DNA of 64,000 nucleotides from Amphiscolops sp. MND2022 (taxonomy: Eukaryota). The notes under the pieces are model-generated. The model had not been told where the DNA came from and ran no database searches. It worked only from the letters and a program-made list of their open reading frames with translations. A program made the translations under genes and the position numbers. Positions 22,001 through 34,000 of this stretch are shown here, one piece after another. The stretch covers positions 34,658,001 to 34,722,000 of the forward strand of contig OZ076414.1 of NCBI GenBank assembly GCA_964187785.1. The letters run 5' to 3'. Each line of letters opens with the position of its first letter. Position 1 is the stretch's first letter.

Positions 22001-25000
22001 ATCAGTCATATCCCTTTACCCACGTTGGAATGGATTATTTCGGTCCATTCGAAGTTAAATTGTTACGAAGATCCGTGAAACGGTGGTGCTGTTTGTTTAC
22101 ATGTTTAACAACCAGAGCAGTGCATATCGAAGTGGTTTGAAGCCTAGACACAGATTCCTGCTTGGTAGCTATCAACAGATCTATCGCCAGACGTGGCAAG
22201 CCAACAACCATCATAAGTGATAATGGTACTAACTTTGTTGGATCCGCGAGAGAGTTAAAAGAGTACATCAACTCGTGGAATCAGAATCAAATTACATCAG
22301 AATTGGCTCAAAAGCATATCGCATGGAAGTTTAACCCTCCTGGGGCACCTCATTTTGAGGGTGTTTGGGAACGGATGGTTAGAAGTTGCAAGAAAGCAAT
22401 GATGGCAATTCTGGGAAATCGATCTCTGACTGATGAATCTTTGACTACAACCATGTGCTTGGTTGAACAAACATTGATTGCGCGTCCTATTACCCCAGCA
22501 AGTGGTGATCTTGCTGATTTGGAGGCCCTTACACCTAATCATTTTATTCTGGGTCGTGCGAATATTTGTATACCCTTTATCCCCAATGCTGAAGTTTATT
22601 CCACTCATCGCAAGATGTTTCGGTCGTGTCAGGCTTATGCTGATATGATTTGGAAACGATGGGTTGCGGAATACCTATCCCAAGCCCATGTCAGAAACCA
22701 ATGGAGTAAACAAGAAGCCAATGTTGAAGTTGGCGACTTAGTTTGGTTGGTGGATAACAATGTGAAAAGGTCTCATTTTAAGATGGCACGAATTCAAGAA
22801 ATTTACCAGGCAAAAGATGGTATAGTGAGATCAGTGCTTATCAAAACTCATGACGGTACCTTCAAACGACCTGTAGTAAAGTTGGCGCCATTCTTCAATG
22901 AGCGTTTTCAGTCTGAAAACGGGGCCGGCATTGTTGGCGCCCCGAAAATAACTTGAAATCAGCTACTCGAAAAATACCCTAAAATAGCCCCTAATTGGTG
23001 GCTGTAAAAGATTGAGTTTTGGGAATCACACTCTAGGATGGTCGGCGACCGACATGTTTTTGGCCAATTAAACCATCTAGGGTAAAAAAACCGGAAATCG
23101 AAGGCAAAAATTTGAAAAATATTTTTTTCTGGGGCAAAATCAGACTTTTCTTCTAATATAGTACAAATTTGGTAATTTATAGTCCTGCTTGTGTATTTAG
23201 CCTGTCAAGTGGTCATATTTGTTATATCTAGTCCAGGCGGAAGCCGGTAGTTCATTTGTAACCTAAAAGAAGCTTTGGTGGGCAAATAACAAAAATATTA
23301 AAGGACCACAAAATCGTGTAAATGTATGCTTCAGATGTTGATATACCAATATCTTTATATACTTTATCGCTCGAAAGTGGGCAGTTTGTTAACTTTATGT
23401 ATCATTATAGAACCTTTATGGTGCCCTCATATTTGATTGTAAACATGGCAGTTTATGTAATTTCCTGTATTGTTACCAACCCAAGTTAACTCCTTCTTGA
23501 AAGAGAGACCCAAAAAGTGAGATTGAAAACGGTCGATATTCCTTGTTCAAGCAACCAAGAAAGTAATTGTTCGGAACTTTATCGTTTGAGTATTCAAGTT
23601 AACTTGGGCTTTTATAGAGCTATTTCGAAGTTGTTCTTGTTTTGATACTGGATTCGAGATTCCAACAATATATTATTATTGCATTTCTGGCAATTTTTCG
23701 CTTGAAAAGGTTTTGAGACAGAAGACTTTCAACCTTTTGGCAAAGTTATTCGACTACAATTTGTTACTCCCCAATTTCATCGACGAGTCAACAGTTTAGT
23801 GAGTTTCATGAGAAAACTCTCCAAGTCAGTAAATTCTATGTTTTCTAAACAAGTCGAAAAGTGGTCACAGATGCAGTAATTGGCTTCACCGACCTCGGAA
23901 ACTTGTTTAAACAATAGGTATTGTCCAGAATTTGAAAAGAAAGGACATTTTGAAGTTATTGAAAGAAGTGGATTTTGCAAGTGCCTTTCTCGCAGAAACA
24001 ATTCTTAGACGTGCCCGCAAGTTGTCAACCAGGCCGTCGTAAAGCTTGGTAAGTGATTTTGTTATCATACCTTGCAGACGTAAAACCCCTAGTCAGCTAT
24101 ATTCACACTCCAAGTGCCCTAAATGCAGGAGCGAAGCGAAGCGGAGCGACGTGCCACATGGCCATGCCTCAATGTTGCTACTTGGCGAAGGGTATTTTTT
24201 TCGGACTTGTGCAACCCAAATTTCTTTTCGGACTTGTGAATAGCCGCCAAGAAATGCGTTATCAAGAGCAACTGTTAAATTCGGTGCAACTTCAATTCGT
24301 CGAACATTCAAATCGTCGAAAAATGAAAAGCTATTCAATGCGCCGAAAGAATTCTATATCAGCGATTATTTTCATTTGGTTATATTTAGTGGCGATTAGC
24401 ATACTTGTTGTATGGCTCGGTCGCTTCGCTCGCTTCGCCGAGTAGCAATATTGAGGCATAGCCATATGGCACGTCGCTTCGCTTCGCTCCTGCATTTAGG
24501 GCACTAGGAGTATGTGAACATATCTGGCTACGTTATCGTGATTTTGAATGCTCGAATTTGATTGGCCGAAATCAATTCATTCCATTACGTCATACAATGC
24601 TCGCCTAATTAATACGTGTTCGACGAATTGAACAGTCCCCGTTAAATTCACATGAATGAGTTTTTATTTCATCAGTTCATTGGCTGTCGATGTACAGCTA
24701 GATATTAAAATATATGCCAAATAAAATGAAATCAAAAACCAGTGGTTTGATTTCCAGCGCGAGCGGCAACAGCGAGACAGTTCCCCTTAAATAATGTATC
24801 ACATACAGATGACGTCATTAGTTAATTGATGCAAACAACAAATTTCTCATTCAAAGTTTGAATTTAAAGTTATTGTGAAATAATTGGTAGAAATAAATAA
24901 ATATTTTGTTTTGCGAACGGAGGCCAATTAGTTATCAATTCAATAATTGTTGCAGTTATTTATTACTCAATTGCTTCTTACCAAGGTCTTGTGGCAATTC

Positions 25001-28000
25001 GAAACAAGGTGTACCTGGGGGGGGGGGGGGGAATTGAACACATGGTCCGATTGAAGATTTAAATCAGTTTGTAGATTCTTGTTTGTTTAAAAGAAATTTT
25101 TCATTGAAATGTCGATTTTGAAACTAGCGGTGTAGTGATCAAACGATTTCAAAGCAGTGGCTGATGGTTGAAAGTATGCTATTCTGAAGTAGGCTGGTCT
25201 GTAACGACATTTCAGCACGCTTGCTTTAACCTTTTGCACTTTAAGAAGCCAATTAATTGGGTGTTGAGAAGGCCAGAAAACTTGCTTGTGTACAAACAAT
25301 TGAATGACGAATTAGCTCGCAACTGTGTTCCTTTTACGAGTTTTCGTCATTTGATTTGAAATTTCAAAAAACGTTCGTTAAATAAATGTTCTTAGAGTAA
25401 AAACCTGTTAGTTTGTTATTTACGATCAATAAACATACAAAATGCGAACCCAATACATACAATTGCAACATGTTTTGCTCACAATCATCTCTCGATGTTT
25501 TAGGGTAGTTTTTCTGTACTGGCCATAACAACCAGTGTCATTTTTGTTGCAGTTATCACAATGGTGATCAATACGTGGGCGAATTTGAGAGGAGCATGAG
25601 GTGTGGCTTTGGACTGCTCAGAGTTGCCAACCCCGCCGACGGCAGCCATCAAGGGTGAGTTGCTGCTATTCATGCCAGCACAACCCAGCGCAACCATGCA
25701 TTCCATCATGCTTCATGCACACATGTTTAGTTGAGATGCGGGACAAAACAGTCGATTTTCAAAACGAGACAAAACAGCCTATTTTAAACGGAATAAAACA
25801 GCCTATTTTAAACGGAATAAAACAGCCGATTTTCAAAACGGAACAAAATGAGTGCTATTACAGCCAAAATGCATGGAATTTGATTTATTTAAAGAGGTTC
25901 ATATTTGTTGTATGGCTCGGTCGTTTCGCTCCCTTCGCCAAGTAGCAACATTGAGGCATGACCATATGGCACGTCGCTCCGCTTCGCTTCGCTCCTGCAT
26001 TTAGGGCACTAGGGGTATGTGAACATATCTGACTACGTTATAATAATAATTTTATTGACTGTTAATCTTACGCATTGACAAAATCGGCTATTTTGATTTT
26101 TTACCAATCGGCGATTTTGTACTGTTCTAAAATCGGCTGTTTTGTCCCGCTCCCGTTTAGTTGCCATTGAGAAATGGTAGCGAATTATCTGCTTCCTTTT
26201 TTCTCACTGGTTTGAATTTATAGAGGCTACAGAACGGAATCTATTCAGCGTTTCTGTTTTTGTCCTTTGATTTTTATATCATATTTCCAACATTTTTGCT
26301 TTGATTTATCATTTACAATATAAAAGATATAACAATTTAATGGTTCAAATGCACTATTCAATCCGTCAGAATCGTTTGATATTTCTGTTCATATACTTCA
26401 TATTTTACTTCAAAACAATTCCCCGATTGTCTATGTTTGCACGTAATGGTAGATTAGATTGAGTTTGAATTGCCGCTCTTGTTTTTTTTCGGCGCAGCTC
26501 CATGAGTTCAGCCTTCGAAGCGTCATCTTAGGCAATTTGTATACTCGGTCGGCATTTTTCCGAAATTTAAGTAAAATGGATTGGTGTCAGGACATTTCAT
26601 CCTATTCACTTTCAACCTATGCACTTTCAACCGTTGCCATTTCAACCGCTCACAATTTCAACCTATTGCATTTTCAACCGTTCGCAATTTCGACCTAAAC
26701 TAATTTTAGGTAATGGATCCGAATTAGTTACATAATTATTTTGGTGGTTTTACTTTGATACATTTCTAAATTCAAATGTGCTAATTTTTACGCCAGTTTC
26801 GATACGTTTTGGCTTCTTCATGAATAATTACAATTAATTAAGGCTGTTTGATTCATTAGTAATTATTACACTGAAAGAATAGCTCAACTGAATTAAGACT
26901 AAATAGCCAAAATTAGTTCAGGTCGAAATTGCGAACGGTTGAAAATGCAATAGGTTGAAATTGTGAGCGGTTGAAATGGCAACGGTTGAAAGTGCATAGG
27001 TTGAAATTGCATAGGACGAAATGTCATGTAACCAAATGGATTATATGAAATCAGGGTTACCGAAAAAATAATACCCACTTAAATCATTCCAATAAATACC
27101 ATCAAAATAATTTATTGGAACGCGAAAAAAATACAACTGACTTACTTTTTCTCTGATAAAATACATAATTTATTTTTAGAGTAAAATAATTGTACCAATA
27201 AAACAACACTTAAGAAATCAGATGATTATGCTGAAAACCTGTTAAAGCGTCAAAAGGTTTGCGAACCAGCTGTGACTTCGAAGTGGGGGTGCCTCCAATA
27301 TCCAATGTATGTGAAAGAAGATTCAGTATGAGCCGACTTACACAGAATTATTTGCGTCACGGTCTAACACCATTGTATATGGAGGCTATCCAATTCTTGC
27401 GCCATAATCGAGATTTATGGAATGCAGAAGCTGTTTCAAAATTGATTCAATTCATAAATTATTTCAATTATTGGAATAATTTATTTTTCAAACCGATTCT
27501 TTTAAATTATTAATTTTTACAGAAAAAATATCAAAATAGCTTATTATTTTCGAATTAAATAATATTCATTCGACTAATATTTTCGATAACCCTGCATGAA
27601 ATTGCCTTAAGAGTACCGAAAAAAGGTGGAAACGTGAATAAAAGAATGTTGAGTTTATTGAGTCCCTTTCAAATCAATTGCAAGTATCCACTCAATCAAT
27701 AAACAGTGTCCAAGGTGAGAGAAAAACGCAAAGGCGGTGGTTTTTATTAAGATCTTCCACTGAGAAGTTTCAGCTAGTATTAAACCCAGCGGTCTTTGAG
27801 AAAAATGCATCTGAAGAAATTTTTCGAATATTGAAAAATCTGAGCTTATTGTTTGTGGAGTAATTGACGTAAATGTGTGTGAGTTTTTATTTTGCGCTAT
27901 GTAGCACAGGCAGATAGAAAGTTCTTGGGTGTAACTTAAATTTTTCTACAGGGTTGTGTAGTTAGAGCGTGTTTATCAGTTTTATTTCATTGCGTTTTTT

Positions 28001-31000
28001 AACACCGCGCCGAGATAATTGTATGAAAAACAAATGAAGAAGCTTACCCAGCATGTATATGCAACATTTCCGTTAAAGTATAACTAAGCGACACGGACAC
28101 TAACGACACGAATTCTCGAAATACCAATTTTCTACAGTTTATTACCATTGATGGTCCATTTTTTCATAATTTCACTGATAATCCGCCAAAATTCTAATAG
28201 GATGAAATGAGGGGTACTTGATATTTTCAATTTTATTCAAAATGTCTAGATTAAACGGGAAATCCTAAATGAAACAGGGATTGCATATTTATGTATCTTT
28301 TTGCTCGTTCATTATTCAAAAAATTTTTTATTACTTTGTTATAGTTAACTAGCGATTAGTTCAAGAATTGTGAATGTTTCATGCAGAGGTGTGACGCGAT
28401 ATTAACAACCTATTCGCTAGTCTGTAGTTCGAAAATCAATATCTGTTGTTTCCGCTATATTATCTATCGCTTCAGCGATCACTGTTTTTTACTGTGAGAA
28501 AACTGAATCACAAACGAACGATTCGAAATTTTCTTAAATGTGCTATCTTGTTGGCTTTGCAGCATTCTTTGTGTATTTGAATAATCAGGAGTGACAAAAC
28601 CGTAGCTCAATATTTGTGCAAAATGTACTGTTATTCGCTATGGGATGCAAAATAGCGATTTTTTTGTTTTGCTACCGCTGTCGCAGTCGCTATTCGCTAC
28701 CGCTGTCACGCCTCTGCTTTTGTTGGATGATAGATGACTGAGTAGTTCTATTTAGACAGACGTTTGACATGTGTGTTTGATGTTGTGTTTAGTTATAGAA
28801 GTAGAACAGCGGCTCCTCCTCTCATGCACAAGCAGCCTGACTCCCTCTCTATCTCCACCTTGCGGCCTTATCATAAATCATCTGTCCCTGATCATATTAA
28901 CTCCTACCCTACCCCACGCTCTCAAAACTCGCGCCCCTTATCCGCCATTAGCAACCCGCTCACCCCCGAAAACGAATTTTTCCCCGACTTTGGTCAAAGT
29001 CTTTACCAGAGGTTTGATACCGAATAGCTAGCATCGCAATACGTAACGCGAAACATTTGCATTTGCTATATAAGCGTCAATCGTTCATTTTCCAGTGGTT
29101 TTACTTCGAAGGTGTTTGCAATTCCTGGAAAAAGACTATTTTTGGTAAAGTTTCAACCATTTTTTCTAGCTACTATACTAATCCCTGTCAAAAGTGTCTT
29201 CAATAGAATTATAATTAAATTAATCAACTTTATTATAATCTGATAAATGAAGATCATGATCATTTGATTAAATATCAGTAACCTTGCTTATGGTTTATCG
29301 CAGCTTATACTAATGGCTCATACTAATACCACCAAAACTATTCAAAATTGAATTATTGATACTATAATATTGTATAATATCGGGTATGATATCGAAATAA
29401 AAAATTATAGTTAATTTTTTCTTTCGTTCTCAACATCTGTAGTCTAAATCTGAGAAGCAATAGACACATGAAGCGAACGAATGTTTTCTAATTAATCGTT
29501 TGCTGAGAGCTTCGTTTCCATCCGAATACAGTCAGCTATACATATCTATTAAAAACATCCATCTGGGCAATCTTTGCAAGCGTCATTTCTTACAACATGC
29601 AGCCCGGACATTTTAAAAATTTATAACCTAGACGATTTGTTCTGTTTTGCGACACAACTTCATACCTTGACTGTCCGATTGCTAAAGGTCTTTGCGGTTA
29701 ACGAGTACATTTTCTTTCACCCAAATAACAAAATTTATAGTCCAAGGATTTGATGTTTCCTGTCAAAGCATCTAAATTGTCACATTGGCGAAATTCAAAA
29801 ATTGAAAATGCTCTTGAGAAATTTTAACCCATGATTCTATCCCGAAAACTCATGTGTCAATAATAGTCTAAATTAGTCTTTTGATCTGAAAAATGCGGCC
29901 TTTTTTTCCGCGCGACAACTCTCATGTCAGAGGTTGAGTCGCACAGTTCAGGCGTTCATGGTATAGTGGTAAGATGCTTTGACGACAAGAAGCAATTCTC
30001 ATTTCGGGACCCTATTTGTGTCGTTTTTGTTGTTTTTTGAATTGATCAATTGGTAGAAAAATTTCCAACTCCTTAATCCTTGGTTCTCCGTATGACATTG
30101 CTTATTTTGTTTGCTCTTCAAAAGTTGCCAGCACGGCTTCGCATCTGTGCTTTAAAATTCATTTGCATTTTTTATGCATGGGCAAAAATGCTATTGGGGC
30201 CCGCAGAGGCCAACTTTACAGTATCAAAAATAGTAATTTCAGTAAGAATTTGGAAACCAAAATTGGTTGTGTAAATCGGCCATCTTTCTTCCGGGGCGCT
30301 TCGCGACCCTCCAGATCGGCTTTTTCCAAAACCTGCACTGATCGAGTAGTCGAATGTCGCCTCACTTCCGTCCTGTGTGTAGGTCACTTTAGGTGTGGTG
30401 TAATGAAACTTTCACCTTATTCGAATTCGACCCTTTATAAAATTAAATCCTGATTCCATTCTAGTTGATTTTGCAAACTTTTCGATCCGGAATAGTTTGA
30501 TCACGGAAAGAATTTCCGTTTTTCAAATCACTCAATAAGTATCTGATCGGCAGCAGAAATTAGATTAGCGCTTGTTTATGTCGTGTATCAAGCCCCTGGT
30601 CTTGACAACAGGCAAGAATCTCAATCACGTAAAATCAGCTCTCCCCCAAGACCCTTGTCGGAAAACTTGTCGGATAAAGTCATCGTCGGGGCTGAGAATT
30701 TTGGTTTCCGCAGAAAACAGGAATCTGGGTCTATAGCTTCCAGTGAGCACGGCAGTTATAGCTCAGTTGCTTTTGCTGGTGAACAGTTTTGGGAGGAAAA
30801 AACTGTGGATTCAGATGGAGTTTCGTCCAATATGACGCCAGACTACAATCTGGCTACAAGTTCGGATGAGTGGAAGGAGGACCCTCAACGCGACAACGGT
30901 ACTTTCACCCATTGTCACTTGTCCTCGGAGTTCTTGGAAAGCTCACTCTATGTTGAAAACCTTTCGCTTTTCCACAGGTTTGTATAATAGAGATCAGCGC

Positions 31001-34000
31001 AACAGGCAGATTGATAGTGGCTCGTTTCTGTTTTGCAATTTGGGAAAGTTATAAACCCGTTTTTGCTGGAATTTTATTTCTAGCGTTTTTCTGCCTGTTG
31101 CGCGATCTCTTTTGGACGCCTTCTTGTACCATTCTTAATATATTGCACGTTTCATGCCACTTTTCCTTACAATGCTCGAATTTCTTGGTATGCTGTAATG
31201 ATCACTTTGTTTTTGTAGTTTTCGTAGACTGTTAGTTTGACCATCAGTTTGTTTTATCATGAACCAAGCATCGAATATACATTTATTCTCGCATTATTTT
31301 GCATGGGCTCTAGCGTTTGGACCGATTAACCGGTTTATGTAATCGATTGAAAAAAATTTAACCGGTTAAAGCAAAGAGAAACTGTCACTTAGACCCCCAG
31401 CCCAACTGATCAGCGGATGGTTTCTACAATGGTCTAAAAACAAATTGAAGATCAAATAAAGGCTATCACTGCTGGTTCAGATAGAGAATGCGGACGCTTT
31501 ATTTTGTAAGGAAAAATCAATTGAATTTCAATCGTAACGATTTCAACAACATTTGTTCAAAATTATCTTTCTTTGGAGAACGAATGTGATGTCGGTTAAT
31601 CGATTAGCCGTTTAATTTAAACGGAACACCAAAAGGAAACGGTCAAAATTGATGCCCCGCTGAAGGCTCAAAAGGCCTTGCAAATATGTAAAGGACTGTT
31701 TTGAACAAAATTCCACCAAAAATGCCACATTTGCCAAAAATATCTAAATTGGGGGGGGGGGGTGGGTGTTGTGGATTCTTGGTTGTTTTAGTGACAATAA
31801 AAATTAGAAAGAAATTCGCTCTCTCTCAAGGTCGAAGAAACCCAATTGGTGACTCTTTGGTCCCATAAACCTTCGTAATTCAAGTAAAATCGTGAAATAG
31901 ATTATGAAGCCTCGTTGGGTGCTCTTGAGATAATAAGGGTGATTTTTGACCTTTTATCAAGTATACAGAACTTTATGTTTGTTTCTGCTGATTACTACTC
32001 ATTCACAAAAAAAATATAACTCATTCAATTAAAATAATTTTTCGATTTTCGAATACAGTCAACTTCGGTTAATTCGTATCCGGATAATTCGGATTTTCGT
32101 TAAATTCGTATGTTCGCGACGACCGCAGTAATATCTCAATATTTCCCATTGTTTTTACTATTTTATTCGACCCCCAGCTATACGAATTATGCGAATTCAA
32201 TCGTGACTTCAAAATTGTCTTTGATTTCATAATATTTTCCAAAGTTCCGCATGCCTTGTTTGTTTTTCTGCTCATGAATGAGCAAAACTGGGTACAAAGC
32301 AGAAAGTGTTTTTGGTCGGCGCTTTTTGACGAAAAAGCAGACGACTATTACAATGACTATTTTAGTCAGCGCTTTTTGTAACACTTTTGTTCGCGGCTTG
32401 TTTTTCATGAAGCTGGGTGTATTTTTGACTAATGTGGAATCATTGTATGATGTCCCATTGAGCATGTATTAAGATCCTTTCTGGCTAGTCTTTTCCCAGT
32501 TTTTTGTCGGTGCCCTGTGTGTATATCTTGACCTAAGTATATAAGAGAGTTTCATTATTCATTTTAAAGATTCAGACTTTGGACGTCTGGTTCATTGAAT
32601 TGATTTACAAAAAATATGATCGATGAAACAATTATACCTGGAATATCTGTTGATTTGTGTTCAGAATCTTCTACGGAGAATGGATTGACGATAAGAGGCA
32701 TGGATACGGGGTACTCGAAGACCTTGCCTCCAATCAGCGATACATCGGTATGTGGCTGAACGACTTGAAACATGGAAATGGGGTCACAGTCTGTTCCCAG
32801 ACTGGACTGTACTACGAGGGCACTTTCGTCAATGGAAAACTTACGGTGAGTACAAAGAATGAACTAACAAGACGCCGCTGAGCATTGAAAAATATTTTCC
32901 ACCCGAACAATTCTAGCAACGACATAAGTTTAAGGCTCGAGAGTATCCAATGAACATTGAAAATTTTGACACTTTTCGATTCCTCTCATTCCATTTTGAA
33001 AGAAAACACTTGAATTAGGAACACGCTAAAAACCAGCGTGTTTTGTTGTTGAACCCGCGTGTTTGTTGGTACCAGTACCTACGTAAATTTTCGAAAATAT
33101 ACAGTCCAGATTCCAAAAATGGTCGGTAGTTAAGAAAGAAAAAAATTCAATTTCCGATTTACGCGTGATCTGAAATTGATCCATTTTTGATTTTGAACTG
33201 AATTGATTTCACTATTACCCCAAAGCAAGCTACAGTATCATTGCTGCAGCGACGTTGTCAATTGATGGCGGGCTTGAAGCTGTGATTAACTCAGGTCACA
33301 GTGATCTGATTGCCCGTTGTTGCTTTTTCTCCAATTGCTTTGTTCCAGATCATACAACTAAGGTTGGGCGACAATTCGTCCCATTTTGAAAAGGCGACAA
33401 TTCGTCCCATTTGTAAAAAGCGACAATTCGTCCCAAACTGTTTAATTGATCAGCTAATTAACAACCTTTTGAAGGTTGAAATGAAAGAAATAAACAAATC
33501 AACTAAAAATGAATATAATTAAGCACGTGACAACAATTAGAAAGTGAAATCGCATGAAATGCCAATCAAAATTTTTTAATTCGATTGTTTTGATAAATCG
33601 CCAAAATTTCTACTAGACGCTCGCTTCTAGCTTCATACTTCGCATCCTTCTTGAATTTTTCGCCAGCCCGTATTCTGGCAATTTTGTTTTCTGTCAAGCT
33701 TTGTTCTCTCTGAAGGAATTGCAAAAACTTGAGGAGTGTGGGGTGAGAAACCCCCATTCCGGATTGGAGAGCGTGATGCCATACTTCGATTGCATTGTTC
33801 GTCTTTTGACCACCATTGGCTGCGGCATCGTATTGGGTCCACTGCCCATGATGGAACAAGGGTGTGGATCGCTGTCCGAGTCTTCCTTATAAACCCAACC
33901 AAGTTGCTTCGAAATATTCAAGAAAGGGCATTAATTCTTCCTGGCCTTCTTCGATGATTTTCTCAAATCACAAATAAACAGCAGAAGGTGGAATCAGTGC

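Larger units (their letters stand above)
14706..24085 (+). mobile_element. BEL/Pao LTR retrotransposon, full length, inactivated
   Basis: LTRs 14706-15857 and 22932-24085; 5-bp TSD CCCCT; PBS TGGTGCCGCGACCCGGGA at 15861; purine-rich tract aaaacggggccggca before the 3' LTR; gag-PR-RT-RH-IN order. Confidence 0.97.

Noticed and set aside
25017-25031. Poly-G tracts (also near 31750, 45730, 49560)
   Set aside because: Simple homopolymers with no shared context; lengths are unreliable in assemblies.
29952-29979. tRNA-Gly-like 5' fragment (gcgttcatggtatagtggtaag)
   Set aside because: Only an A-box-length match; no B box or cloverleaf.
32056-32100. pogo-like TIR start (tacagtcaacttcgg)
   Set aside because: No matching right TIR found, so no element boundaries can be given.
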